Shown here: positions 16,565 through 25,920 of the stretch, in pieces | How the letters are laid out: every line of letters begins with the position of its first letter | Numbering within the stretch: position 1 is the stretch's first letter | Assembly (NCBI GenBank): GCA_903939515.1 | Contig: CAJAHH010000086.1 | Coordinates: forward strand, 9,112-73,111 | DNA length: 64,000 bases | Reading direction: 5' to 3' | From: an uncultured Verrucomicrobiota bacterium | Lineage (GTDB): Bacteria > Verrucomicrobiota > Verrucomicrobiia > Limisphaerales > UBA9464 | Program-made: the position numbers and the translations under genes | The notes under the pieces: model-generated | What the model saw: the letters and a program-made list of their open reading frames with translations, nothing else | What the model was told of the DNA's origin: nothing | Database searches by the model: none

Positions 16565-16906
16565 ATGACCACCACCCTCTTGAGCAATGTAGACCCGAAT
16601 GCATTGTCGCGACTTGCCAAGACGGGAACCCCACAACACCGAGCCGAGCAAGTCGTCGGACAATTTGAGGGGATGTTGGTCCGAGAAATCCTTAAATCAG
16701 CCAAACCACCCAGCATTCTGCCCGCCAAGAGTGGCGAGGCCAAATTGATCGGCGAGGTCTATGGCGACATGGCTCACGACATGGTGGCCAACCAGATTAG
16801 CCAATCCGGGCAGTTGGGTATGAAAGTAGCCCTTTCCCGACAGTTGGCTCTCCAAATCGGGACTGAACCGCACCCTGAAAAGGCACTTCAACTTCCGCAG
16901 CCGTGA
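16565..16906 (+). CDS. flgJ: Rod-binding protein (FlgJ N-terminal domain only; no muramidase domain)
   Basis: From the ATG at 16565, AEQVVGQFEGMLVREILKSAK...VYGDMAHDMVANQISQSGQLGMKVALSRQL matches the Rod-binding domain pattern. The 113 aa leave no room for a hydrolase domain. Confidence 0.75.
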   Translation: MTTTLLSNVDPNALSRLAKTGTPQHRAEQVVGQFEGMLVREILKSAKPPSILPAKSGEAKLIGEVYGDMAHDMVANQISQSGQLGMKVALSRQLALQIGTEPHPEKALQLPQP

Positions 16907-17403
16907 TCCTCGACCCACAGGATTGGCAAGATTCACTCGCCGCGGAGACTTCGTGCGCGGAGCGGTTACTCAGCATCACTGATCAGCAGCAGACACTCCT
17001 GATACACAGGAAGTTTGTTGAACTCACCAGTAACTTAGCCGCTCAGCAACAGGCCGTTGAGCAATTATTTGTGCTAACGCGACGCCGCACGGATTCCCAA
17101 CAGCAACTCGCGCAACAACACCAAATTGCTCCGCCGGGCCGACGCTTGGAAATTTATACGCATTTACCGGCGTTCAAGGTCGAGGAAATCGAGCGACTGG
17201 TCGTGCATTTGCAGTCCGTGATGGATTCCTGTCAGAGGGCCTTCCGCCAAAACCAACTCCTTTTAGGCCGTTCCATCGAGTTGGCCCAACAGGTGCTGCA
17301 ACGGTCTGGTGTGGTTTCGACCGGCCGCACATACGGAGCCCGGGGCAAAGAGCGAGCCTTCGCTAGTGCAAACCCAGTCTCTCGATGGCAAGCGGTCGTA
17401 TGA
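16903..17403 (+). CDS. FlgN-like flagellar export chaperone (putative)
   Basis: The protein is helical and Gln-rich: LLSITDQQQTLLIHRKFVELTSNLAAQQQAVEQL and CQRAFRQNQLLLGRSIE. It sits immediately upstream of flgK, as flgN does in many operons. The GTG start overlaps the previous stop. Confidence 0.45.
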   Translation: MILDPQDWQDSLAAETSCAERLLSITDQQQTLLIHRKFVELTSNLAAQQQAVEQLFVLTRRRTDSQQQLAQQHQIAPPGRRLEIYTHLPAFKVEEIERLVVHLQSVMDSCQRAFRQNQLLLGRSIELAQQVLQRSGVVSTGRTYGARGKERAFASANPVSRWQAVV

Positions 17404-17412
17404 GCCAGAATC

Positions 17413-18822
17413 ATGGGCGGACTCCTCAACACTCTCGAAATTGCGTCATCCTCGCTCTTGGCCTCACGGGCCGGGATCGAGACGGCGGGCGTCAACATTT
17501 CGAATGTCAACAACCCCGGCTACGCACGCCAGCGGGTCATCGTCGAACCGCGGCGTGATCCCACGGGAGCCGGCGCCGGGGTCGAGGTTGTCGGTGTCAA
17601 ATCCTTGCGTGATTCCATTCTGGATGAGCAGCTGATCCGAGAGTCGAGCAACAAGGCTTACCTCGAGAATTTTCAACGCACCCTGCAAATTGGACAGGTG
17701 CTGTTAGGGCAGCAAATCGACCGACAAAGCGCGACACCCGAGGCGGACAGTGCCGCCCGAAATCTCGGCGGTCAGATGGCCCTCGCCAGCGGTTTCTCAG
17801 AATTCTACAACGCCCTCCAGACGGTCTCCGTGTCACCGACTTCGATACCGGATCGTCAGGTACTCCTCCTCAAGGCCGGTCAGCTGACTGACAAGTTCAA
17901 TTCGGTCGAGGCCCGCTTCACAAGCCTCAGGTCGGACCTGAACACGGACTTGAACAATCGGATCGAGCAGGCCAACCAACTGATTGATCTCACCTCGCGT
18001 GCCGCCATGGATAACACCGCGGTCAGCAGCAACGGTGGAGGCATTGCTAAGGATACTTTGCAGATGCGTTTGGAGGAGCTAGGCGCCTACTCCTCCATAA
18101 AAACCCAATTTGACGACCAAGATCGGATCACACTATCCATTGATGGCGTAGAGGTCATCAAAGACAACTTAGTCGTAGGCGAGATTGAAGGAGCCCTAGA
18201 TGCCGATGGTGGCGTGCAGGTTTCCGTACGAAACTCCGATTCGGACAGCACCGCCAAACTCACCGGCCAAGGATCCATTCAAGGGCTAGTCGAGGCCCGG
18301 GACACCGTCCTTCAGGATCTGCGCCAGGACATCAACCTCATGGCCGCCAAACTGATTGAGGGCATAAACTCCGTGCACAAGCCCGGAGTCAGTCTGGATG
18401 GTTCTACCGGTTTAGAATTCTTCACGGGAACCGATGCATCGAACATCGCTGTCAACGCTGCTCTGATCGCCGATCTGAACAAAATTCAACTCAGTGCCGA
18501 CACCGATGAAGGCGACAACACTGTCGCGGGCAATCTTCTGAAGTGGCTCGAGGCTCCTCAGGAGGGTCTCGGAAAAATGACTTTAGCCCAGCATTACAAC
18601 GAAGCGGTGGCCAGCTACGGTCAGGAATTGGCCAACATAAACAACCGCTTGGCCGACCAAGAAGTCATTAGTCATACGCTGACTCAAATGCGGGCAGGAA
18701 TCTCAGGTGTATCGCTCGACGAAGAAATGTCTTCCCTGATCCAGTACCAACGGGCCTATCAGGCGTCCGCCAAGCTCATCTCAACGGTCAACGAACTGTT
18801 CCAAACCATCCTTTCGATGTAG
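17413..18822 (+). CDS. flgK: Flagellar hook-associated protein 1 FlgK
   Basis: N-terminus MGGLLNTLEIASSSLLASRAGIETAGVNISNVNNPGYARQRV; C-terminus SGVSLDEEMSSLIQYQRAYQASAKLISTVNELFQTIL. Confidence 0.9.
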   Translation: MGGLLNTLEIASSSLLASRAGIETAGVNISNVNNPGYARQRVIVEPRRDPTGAGAGVEVVGVKSLRDSILDEQLIRESSNKAYLENFQRTLQIGQVLLGQQIDRQSATPEADSAARNLGGQMALASGFSEFYNALQTVSVSPTSIPDRQVLLLKAGQLTDKFNSVEARFTSLRSDLNTDLNNRIEQANQLIDLTSRAAMDNTAVSSNGGGIAKDTLQMRLEELGAYSSIKTQFDDQDRITLSIDGVEVIKDNLVVGEIEGALDADGGVQVSVRNSDSDSTAKLTGQGSIQGLVEARDTVLQDLRQDINLMAAKLIEGINSVHKPGVSLDGSTGLEFFTGTDASNIAVNAALIADLNKIQLSADTDEGDNTVAGNLLKWLEAPQEGLGKMTLAQHYNEAVASYGQELANINNRLADQEVISHTLTQMRAGISGVSLDEEMSSLIQYQRAYQASAKLISTVNELFQTILSM

Positions 18823-18829
18823 GTTTTGT

Positions 18830-19594
18830 ATGGAAGGAACACCTCAACTGTTTTGGTTACTAACCTCTCTCGGTGGCGGTGTTGGTTTTCTGGGTGTCGG
18901 GATCGCCGTGCGGTCGCTAATGGTTCACGGCTTCTTCTCCACAAGAGCGACAACACCGAAGCCCGATCCCAAGGAGTCCCCGTCCCTCCCCCTGCCCCCA
19001 TCCCCGGAACAGAGCCGACTGGAAGGGCGGAACCAAATCCTAGAAAGCAGCCATTGGGTTCTCCAGCAAGAGTTGTTGGATTTGCGTGGGAAAATGTCCG
19101 AACAAGGCGCTCAGGTGGCCCGCGAAACCGCATTGCGCATGCACCTCGAGGTAGCGCTGGGCAAAGCCCATGAAGAGTGCGACCAGTTGCGGATTCAGTT
19201 AGATTCAGCCAAGCAGACCCACACCGAATTAAATCTTCAGAAGGCACTGCTGGAAGCTGAGAATTCCGACCTACGAGTCCATCTGGACAAGGCCACGCAC
19301 GTCCCGCTTCCTCCGCCTGCTCCCGCTCCACCTGCACCGCGACCGGCTACTGCTCAGTCCGAAAGAACTCCTGAGGCAGCCATCCACCCTCCTCGCGCCT
19401 CCGCATTGCTCATGGTGGGTTCACCCGGTGTGCTTTCTGCCATGGAAGGGTTCCCCGCCGCAGAACCAACGGTGGTTCCGGTCCGCAACAAGACTTGGAG
19501 CATCGAATTGCAGAACTTCCGCCGCAGGACCGCCGAAAAACCCATTAAGCGCGGTAAAACCTCCCCCAATTCTAAGTCCCGATCAAAGTCCTGA
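18830..19594 (+). CDS. Hypothetical membrane-anchored coiled-coil, proline-rich protein
   Basis: One N-terminal TM helix (LFWLLTSLGGGVGFLGVGIAV) is followed by a heptad-like region (LQQELLDLRGKMSEQ...LRIQLDSAKQTHTELNLQKALLEAENSDLRVHL), a PLPPPAPAPPAPRP tract and a basic tail KRGKTSPNSKSRSKS. Confidence 0.6.
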   Translation: MEGTPQLFWLLTSLGGGVGFLGVGIAVRSLMVHGFFSTRATTPKPDPKESPSLPLPPSPEQSRLEGRNQILESSHWVLQQELLDLRGKMSEQGAQVARETALRMHLEVALGKAHEECDQLRIQLDSAKQTHTELNLQKALLEAENSDLRVHLDKATHVPLPPPAPAPPAPRPATAQSERTPEAAIHPPRASALLMVGSPGVLSAMEGFPAAEPTVVPVRNKTWSIELQNFRRRTAEKPIKRGKTSPNSKSRSKS

Positions 19595-19639
19595 GGCCGG
19601 GCTTTGACATCGGAGGCTGACCACTCGCAGTCTCCGATA

Positions 19640-20422
19640 ATGTCGTTCGCATTCCGCTTCTTGGGCACAGGCACCTCGCAGGGGGTTCCCATCATCGGAA
19701 AGGAGTATCCTGAGGCCTTTCTGGCCAACCCTCGGAATCATCGACTGCGCTCCTCGATTTACATCGAGACGCCGTCTGTTCGATTGGTCATCGACACCAC
19801 TCCGGATTTCCGGACCCAGATGCTCCGTGAAAAACTCGGCTATCTGGATGCCGTCCTCATCACGCATGCCCATGCCGACCACATCATGGGAATGGATGAC
19901 TGCCGCCGCGTCTGCGATCTCCGTAAAGGCCCGCTGCCGGTCTATGCCACGGAGGAGACCTTCCGATCGCTCCGCCGGGTGTACGATTACGCCTTCGGCG
20001 ACCATCCTATCCCCTTCAGTTATTTCCACCCGCAGCCCAAGGTCATAGAAGGCCCCTTCGAGATCGGGGACTTGCGTGTGACCCCTTTTCAACTACCCCA
20101 CGGTCGCATGACCACAACGGGCATGGTCTTCGAACAAGGAGGCGTCAAGCGACTGGCCTATTTCAGCGACTGTAAGGAGGTAATTCCCCCTGCGTTGGCC
20201 TTCGCCCAGGGTATCCAGGTGGCAGTTCTCGACGCGCTACGGCCCGAACCTCACCCCACCCACATGTGTCTGGATGAGGCTCTCACCACAGCCCGACGCA
20301 TCGGGGCTGACATCACCTACCTGACCCACCTAACCCATCACTACGACCACGATCGGGACCAGTCGGAATTACCTCCGGGTGTCTCGTTGGCCTGGGATGG
20401 ACTGAGGGTTCGGCTCGACTGA
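19640..20422 (+). CDS. MBL-fold metallo-hydrolase (PhnP-like)
   Basis: [13 protein letters not shown] and the [14 protein letters not shown] (HxHxDH) motif. I prefer the ATG at 19640 to the TTG at 19604. Confidence 0.8.
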   Translation: MSFAFRFLGTGTSQGVPIIGKEYPEAFLANPRNHRLRSSIYIETPSVRLVIDTTPDFRTQMLREKLGYLDAVLITHAHADHIMGMDDCRRVCDLRKGPLPVYATEETFRSLRRVYDYAFGDHPIPFSYFHPQPKVIEGPFEIGDLRVTPFQLPHGRMTTTGMVFEQGGVKRLAYFSDCKEVIPPALAFAQGIQVAVLDALRPEPHPTHMCLDEALTTARRIGADITYLTHLTHHYDHDRDQSELPPGVSLAWDGLRVRLD

Positions 20423-20427
20423 GCATC

Positions 20428-21111
20428 ATGGAATCCTCCCCAGCGCCTTCAAAAAGGTTACCCGAAGATCAGGTCCGTGCCGCACCGATGACATGGACCT
20501 ACCGTATTGCTTGGTGGCTCTCACGCCTCGCCTCCCGGGGTATCTATCGCACCCAAGTCAAACACGTGGAGCATATCCCACTGGTGGGTCCGGTGATTTT
20601 GGCCTCCAACCATGCGAGTTTAGCGGACCCCCCGCTCATCGGCGGCTCGGTTCCGCGGGCCGTCAATTTTCTGGCCCGAGACACCCTCTTCCAGATTCCC
20701 ATCCTCGGCTGGTACATCCGCAAATTGAACGCAGTTCCGGTCAACCGTGATGGCGGTGGAGGTGCGGGGTTGAAAGCAATCTTGGACCGACTCCACAATG
20801 GGGCCGCCATCCTCCTGTTTCCTGAAGGAACCCGAACCCACGATGGTCGTTTGAAGCCTGCGCGGTCGGGCATCGGCCTTACAGTCATCAAATCAGGCGC
20901 CCCGGTTGTCCCCATCCGCTTGCACGGCACCTTCGAGGCTTGGGGGCGCCACCAACGGTTTCCCGGTCGAGGACGCTTCCAAGTGGTGGTGGGTAAACCT
21001 CTTTACTTCGAATCTTTGCGGGCCGAGGCCAAAACCTGCGACAAGGATCGGCTCAAGGCGATTTACCAAGAGATTGCCGACACCATTATGGAACGCATTG
21101 CTGAACTCTGA
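20428..21111 (+). CDS. plsC: 1-acyl-sn-glycerol-3-phosphate acyltransferase
   Basis: The NHASLAD (H-x4-D) and FPEGTRTHDG acyltransferase motifs are both present. Confidence 0.85.
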   Translation: MESSPAPSKRLPEDQVRAAPMTWTYRIAWWLSRLASRGIYRTQVKHVEHIPLVGPVILASNHASLADPPLIGGSVPRAVNFLARDTLFQIPILGWYIRKLNAVPVNRDGGGGAGLKAILDRLHNGAAILLFPEGTRTHDGRLKPARSGIGLTVIKSGAPVVPIRLHGTFEAWGRHQRFPGRGRFQVVVGKPLYFESLRAEAKTCDKDRLKAIYQEIADTIMERIAEL

Positions 21112-21215
21112 TCCAGCAATAGAGGTTGATCATTCACCGAAGACTTCACCGAAGGCTGAGCGATATCTATCGGTCCTGAGCGCGTAGAAGACCCAACCAC
21201 AGGTATCACCAAACC

Positions 21216-21251
21216 ACGGCTCGGCTGCCCCATGCATGGCACCCGAGCCGT
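21216..21251. terminator. GC-rich hairpin in the convergent plsC/aroB spacer (possible terminator; no clear U-tract)
   Basis: ACGGCTCGG (21216-21224) pairs with CCGAGCCGT (21243-21251). The loop contains the palindrome CCATGCATGG. Confidence 0.4.
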
Positions 21252-21259
21252 TCACTCGT

Positions 21260-22351
21260 TCAGCCCTTCACCTGATCCAAGGCCCAATTGACCTCAGCGT
21301 CCGGCACGCGTTGACCCCAGACCGCCTTACCGATTCGCTCGGCCAAGACAAAGTGGATCTCACCGGCACTCACCTTCTTGTCGAGGCGCATCGCTGAAAA
21401 CAGCTTGTCGCGCTTGTCCCCCGACAGCTTGATCGACGTGGGCAACCCGAGGCGCTCGAACAAATTCTGAATGCGCAGAACATCGGCCGTCGGTAGCCCC
21501 GTCCGACGGGCTGATAAATGAGCCGCAGCCACCTGACCGATGCTAATGGCCTCACCGTGTAGGAATTTGCCGTAGCCGGAGGAGTTCTCGATCGCGTGGC
21601 CAATGGTGTGCCCGAAATTCAGGGCTGCCCGCAAGCCTGTCTCGGTTTCGTCTTGCGACACGATCTCCGCCTTAATGGTGCAGCATCGGGCGATGATGGC
21701 AGACAATATCGGAGGCTGCTTTTCGAGAAGCCCTTCCAACTGTTTCTCCAACCGCTGAAACAAGGGGGCATCATAAATCACGCCGTACTTCACGATTTCA
21801 GCGATGCCGGAGCGCAATTCCCGATCGGGAAGCGTGGACAAGGTGTCCAAGTCACAAAGGACCAGGCGCGGCTGATGAAAGGCCCCCACCAGATTTTTGC
21901 CGGCCTTGAGGTTCACCCCAACTTTGCCACCAACGGAACTGTCAACTTGTGACAAAAGCGTTGTGGGCACTTGCACAAAAGCGATGCCGCGCAAATAGGT
22001 CGCCGCTACAAAACCCGCCAAATCACCTACGACTCCGCCGCCAAGGGCCACCAGAAAACTCTTCCGCTCAATCCGATGCGCGGCCAATTGATCGTAGCAC
22101 TTCTGAACCGTGGACAGGGTCTTGGACGACTCACCCGCCTCGATCGTGATGAGAGTTGGCGTGAAGCCGGCCACCTTGAGGGATTTGATGGCCGCCTCTC
22201 CGTAGTGCTTGCTCGCGTTGGTGTCGGTAATCACCGCGCACCTCGTCCCAATCTTGAGACGACGGCAACGCTCACCCAGCGTCGCAATGAGGCGGGTCCC
22301 GACTTGAATCTCATAGGAACGGTTCCCCAGCGGAACCTGAACAGTTGGCAT
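21260..22351 (-). CDS. aroB: 3-dehydroquinate synthase
   Basis: GGGVVGDLAGFVAATYLRGIAFVQVPTTLLSQVDSSVGGKVGVN and NFGHTIGHAIE. I prefer the ATG at 22351 (MPTVQVPLGNRSYEI). Confidence 0.92.
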   Translation of the reverse strand: MPTVQVPLGNRSYEIQVGTRLIATLGERCRRLKIGTRCAVITDTNASKHYGEAAIKSLKVAGFTPTLITIEAGESSKTLSTVQKCYDQLAAHRIERKSFLVALGGGVVGDLAGFVAATYLRGIAFVQVPTTLLSQVDSSVGGKVGVNLKAGKNLVGAFHQPRLVLCDLDTLSTLPDRELRSGIAEIVKYGVIYDAPLFQRLEKQLEGLLEKQPPILSAIIARCCTIKAEIVSQDETETGLRAALNFGHTIGHAIENSSGYGKFLHGEAISIGQVAAAHLSARRTGLPTADVLRIQNLFERLGLPTSIKLSGDKRDKLFSAMRLDKKVSAGEIHFVLAERIGKAVWGQRVPDAEVNWALDQVKG

Positions 22352-22557
22352 GGACGGTGATGGTGAACCTATCCGGGCCCCGAAGGCAAGGCGGTCGGCA
22401 CTGCATTCGATGCGCGCACTCATTCCGAGGTAATAGAACCTGATCCACGAGGTTCCACGCAGCCTCGACCAATGGTTCGGGAAATCGCCCCGATGGGCGC
22501 CACGTCACCTGAATTTCCCTTGGGTCGTTCCACAGCCTGCATGATGCTGGCAGACAC

Positions 22558-24150
22558 ATGTCTCGTTGGCTGTCCTCGTCGGGTGCCGCCGGTGCCGCAA
22601 CGCTGCTCAGTCGGATTCTCGGGTTTGTTCGGGAATCTGCCTATGCTGCCTTCATGGGTACTGGGCCGGTGGCTGACGCCTTCTTCCTGGCCTTCCAGAT
22701 CCCCAATCTCTTCCGCAGACTTCTGGGAGAAGGAGCCCTGTCCTCGGCATTCATCCCAGTCTTCAAAGAGACCGAGCGCAAGGAGGGCGTCGCCGCGGCT
22801 TGGCAAGTGGGGTTGGCTTGCACTTGGGCCGTGTTCTTGGCCTGCACAGCCATCTGCGCTGTGCTCTTGATCGGAGTCACGGTGCTCATCCAGTTCTCCA
22901 ACATCGACATCCATACCGAGCTGATGTTTCGGCTGATGCGATGGATGCTGCCCTATCTGCCCTTGGTCTGCGTGGCCGCTGGTTTCATAGGCATGCTCAA
23001 CGCCCGCAACCACTTCTTCCTGCCGGCCCTCGGGGCCACCATGTTGAATGTGGTAATGCTGGCGTCTATTTGGTGGCTGGCCCCTCGCTTCGGGGCCGAA
23101 TTGCACCAGCAGGTCTTCGCTCTAGCCATCGGGGTAGTGGTGGCCGGGATTGCCCAGGCAGCCTTCCAGGTACCTTCACTGGTCGCGGAAGGATTCCAAT
23201 TTCGATGGCTGAGCCCGTGGAAAAACCCAGCCGTCCGCGAAGTGGCCCGGCGAATGGGCCCCTCGGTGATCGGCGTCGCTGCGTTCCAGATCAATACTGT
23301 GCTGTGCCAAAGTTTTGCCTACACGCACGGCAGAGAGATCGTCTCGTCCTACAATTACGCCGTGCGCCTCATGGAATTGCCCCAGGGAGTCGTGGGTATT
23401 TCGCTTGCGACGGTGCTGCTCACCGAACTCAGCACGCTGGCGGTAGATAAGAAATTCCCTGAATTCCGCAGCACCCTGACCGAGGGACTGCAGCAACTCA
23501 TCTTCCTCACCCTGTTGCCGCTAGTGCTCCTCTTGACCCTCTCCGAGCCCATCGTGCGACTGCTCTTCGAACGAGGCCAGTTCCAAGCCGCATCCACCCA
23601 GCAGGTGACGCTCATGATGCTGTGCCTGAGTCCGAGCCTCCTGGCGTTTTCCCTGAACAATGTGTTGGCCCGGGCTTTCTATGCCCTCGGAGACACCAAA
23701 ACTCCGATGCGCATTAGCCTGGCGGCCATCGCGGCTAATTTCATCGCCGCCTTCGTCTCCATCAGCCTCATGCCAAAGGCGGGGCTGGCCATCGCCAACT
23801 CAACCAGTGCAACGATGCAATGCTTCCTTCTCTTCTACGCTCTCAAGCGGAAGCAGCCAAAGTTTGATCTGAGAGCCCTGTTCGCACCAGTGCTGCGGAT
23901 GAGCCTTGCCGGACTGGTGGCCGCCGTCATAGCCCTGGCATCCTTTTGGGTTTGGAACCGCTGGATCGGACAGGCAGGGCTCTCGGCCCGGGTGGGTGCC
24001 ACGTTCGTCCCTATTGCACTGGCCTCACTGGGATATTTTTTGACCGCGACACTCTTGAGAATTCGGGAGGCCTCCGACGTCCTGGAAATTCTCCGTCGTC
24101 GAAGGAAGCGAACCGATGCAGCGCCGGAACCGACGCAAACTTCCGGTTGA
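22558..24150 (+). CDS. murJ: Lipid II flippase MurJ (MviN family)
   Basis: SRILGFVRESAYAAFMGTGPVADAFFLAFQIPNLFRRLLGEGALSSAFIPVF, followed by a polytopic membrane profile. Confidence 0.9.
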   Translation: MSRWLSSSGAAGAATLLSRILGFVRESAYAAFMGTGPVADAFFLAFQIPNLFRRLLGEGALSSAFIPVFKETERKEGVAAAWQVGLACTWAVFLACTAICAVLLIGVTVLIQFSNIDIHTELMFRLMRWMLPYLPLVCVAAGFIGMLNARNHFFLPALGATMLNVVMLASIWWLAPRFGAELHQQVFALAIGVVVAGIAQAAFQVPSLVAEGFQFRWLSPWKNPAVREVARRMGPSVIGVAAFQINTVLCQSFAYTHGREIVSSYNYAVRLMELPQGVVGISLATVLLTELSTLAVDKKFPEFRSTLTEGLQQLIFLTLLPLVLLLTLSEPIVRLLFERGQFQAASTQQVTLMMLCLSPSLLAFSLNNVLARAFYALGDTKTPMRISLAAIAANFIAAFVSISLMPKAGLAIANSTSATMQCFLLFYALKRKQPKFDLRALFAPVLRMSLAGLVAAVIALASFWVWNRWIGQAGLSARVGATFVPIALASLGYFLTATLLRIREASDVLEILRRRRKRTDAAPEPTQTSG

Positions 24151-24282
24151 TCCCGCCCCAGAACGAGAGGTAAGTTTTAAGCAGACTCACCCGTGACATC
24201 CCATCCTGTCCCCGCCCGAATCCCAAGCCATGAATGGCCGAAGGAGCGAGGACGCCGGGAGTCCTTTCAACAGTTCAACGAC

Positions 24283-25626
24283 ATGAGCCAAATTATTCCT
24301 GCAGCCAGCGCTTCGGTCCTAACCCGGCGCGGTTTCCTCTCCACCTCCAGCTCTGCCCTCGGCGGAGCCATGATCGGCAGCCTGGCCATCGAGCGCCTGG
24401 CGTTCGGTGCCGCCAGCGACGAGATCAAGATCGCCCTCGTCGGTTGCGGCGGCCGTGGTTCCGGCGCAGCCAACCAGGCCCTCAATGTCCCGGGCGTCAA
24501 GCTCGTGGCCATGGCCGACGCCTTCCAGGACCGACTCACCGGTGCCCTCAACAGCCTGAAGTCCTCCCAGGGCGCTAAGGTAGACGTGCCGGCTGACCGG
24601 CAGTTCGTCGGTCTCGATGGTTACAAGAAGGCCATCGCGCTGGCCGACGTGGTCGTTCTGGCAACGCCCCCGGGATTTCGCCCTCAGCATTTCGAGGAGG
24701 CTGTCCGCCAAGGTAAAAACGTGTTCATGGAGAAACCCGTGGCCGTCGATGGTCCCGGAGTCCGCCGCGTTCTCGCCGCAGCCGAGGAAGCCAAGAAAAA
24801 GAACCTGAAGGTCGGCGTCGGCCTGCAGCGTCATCACCAACCTGGCTACTTGGAGACCATGAAGCGCCTGCACGATGGCGCTCTCGGCGACATCTACCTG
24901 GTCCGTGCCTACTGGAACGACGGTGGCGTTTGGGTTAACCCGCGCAAGGAAGGGCAAACCGAGCTCGAGTTCCAAATGCGCAATTGGTACTACTTCAACT
25001 GGCTGTGCGGCGATCACATCACCGAGCAGCACATCCACAACTTGGACGTCGCCAATTGGGTGAAGAACGCCTACCCGGTGAAGGCTCATGGCATGGGAGG
25101 TCGCCAAGTCCGCACCCAGAAAGAATACGGCGAAATCTTCGACCACCACGCCCTCGAGTACACCTATGCCGATGGCACCACGCTCCTGAGCCAATGCCGT
25201 CATATCCGCGGCGCCGACAGCAATGTTTCAGAGCAGTGTGTCGGCTCCAAGGGCTCCTGCAATGTCAGCGGGCACACCATCACCCCCTCCGGTGGCGGCA
25301 ATGCGTGGCGGTACCGGGGCGAGAAGCAGGTCGATCCGTACCAGCAGGAACATGACGACCTCTTCGCCGCGATCCGCAAGAACACCGAGTACAACGAGGC
25401 CTTCAACGGTGCGAAGTCATCGCTGACCTCGATCATGGGTCGGATGTCCACTTACACGGGCAAGACCATCACTTGGGAGCAGGCTCTTAATTCCAACGTA
25501 ATTCTCGCCCCGAACGACTTCGAGAACCTTCGCTGGGACTCCGAGTGCAAGTCTAAGGCTGACGCCAACGGGTTCTATCCGGTGGCCGTGCCGGGTGACG
25601 CAAAGTGGTTCAAGATGTTGGTCTGA
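24283..25626 (+). CDS. Tat-exported Gfo/Idh/MocA-family oxidoreductase
   Basis: The twin-arginine leader is TRRGFLSTSSSALGGAMIG and the Rossmann motif is IALVGCGGRGSGAA. I prefer the ATG at 24283 to the GTG at 24193. Confidence 0.85.
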   Translation: MSQIIPAASASVLTRRGFLSTSSSALGGAMIGSLAIERLAFGAASDEIKIALVGCGGRGSGAANQALNVPGVKLVAMADAFQDRLTGALNSLKSSQGAKVDVPADRQFVGLDGYKKAIALADVVVLATPPGFRPQHFEEAVRQGKNVFMEKPVAVDGPGVRRVLAAAEEAKKKNLKVGVGLQRHHQPGYLETMKRLHDGALGDIYLVRAYWNDGGVWVNPRKEGQTELEFQMRNWYYFNWLCGDHITEQHIHNLDVANWVKNAYPVKAHGMGGRQVRTQKEYGEIFDHHALEYTYADGTTLLSQCRHIRGADSNVSEQCVGSKGSCNVSGHTITPSGGGNAWRYRGEKQVDPYQQEHDDLFAAIRKNTEYNEAFNGAKSSLTSIMGRMSTYTGKTITWEQALNSNVILAPNDFENLRWDSECKSKADANGFYPVAVPGDAKWFKMLV

Positions 25627-25678
25627 TCCGGAATAAAATCCGAAGTCTTGAGAAGCCTCTCGGAGGCGCAAAAATTTA

Positions 25679-25720
25679 ACAGCCCTTCGGAGCCACCGCG
25701 CCCGAGGGGCTGTTTTATTT
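25679..25720 (+). terminator. Rho-independent terminator after the oxidoreductase gene
   Basis: ACAGCCCTTCGG (25679-25690) pairs with CCGAGGGGCTGT (25702-25713); that is 12 bp with one G-U. TTTTATTT follows. The A-rich run upstream could let it work in both directions. Confidence 0.75.
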
Positions 25721-25920
25721 GGCGGACCTTGCGCCAATACAGACCCAACCGATTACAGAAGGATACCGGAAAGACCTTCGGCAAGGCGGCCCCCCGACGA
25801 AGTATCCTGCGGCGGAATGATGGACGAAACCACCGATGAGCAAATGGTCTAGAAACCCAACGGGAAACCAGACAGGTAACCGGACAAATCGTCCGCCAAT
25901 CAGTCCGTCTAAATGGCCAT

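Noticed and set aside
24319-25203. 294-aa minus-strand ORF inside the Gfo/Idh/MocA oxidoreductase gene
   Set aside because: It is fully antisense to a gene with clear family motifs. Its Ala/Gly/Val/Asp-rich translation has no recognisable motif. This is a typical shadow ORF of GC-rich coding DNA.
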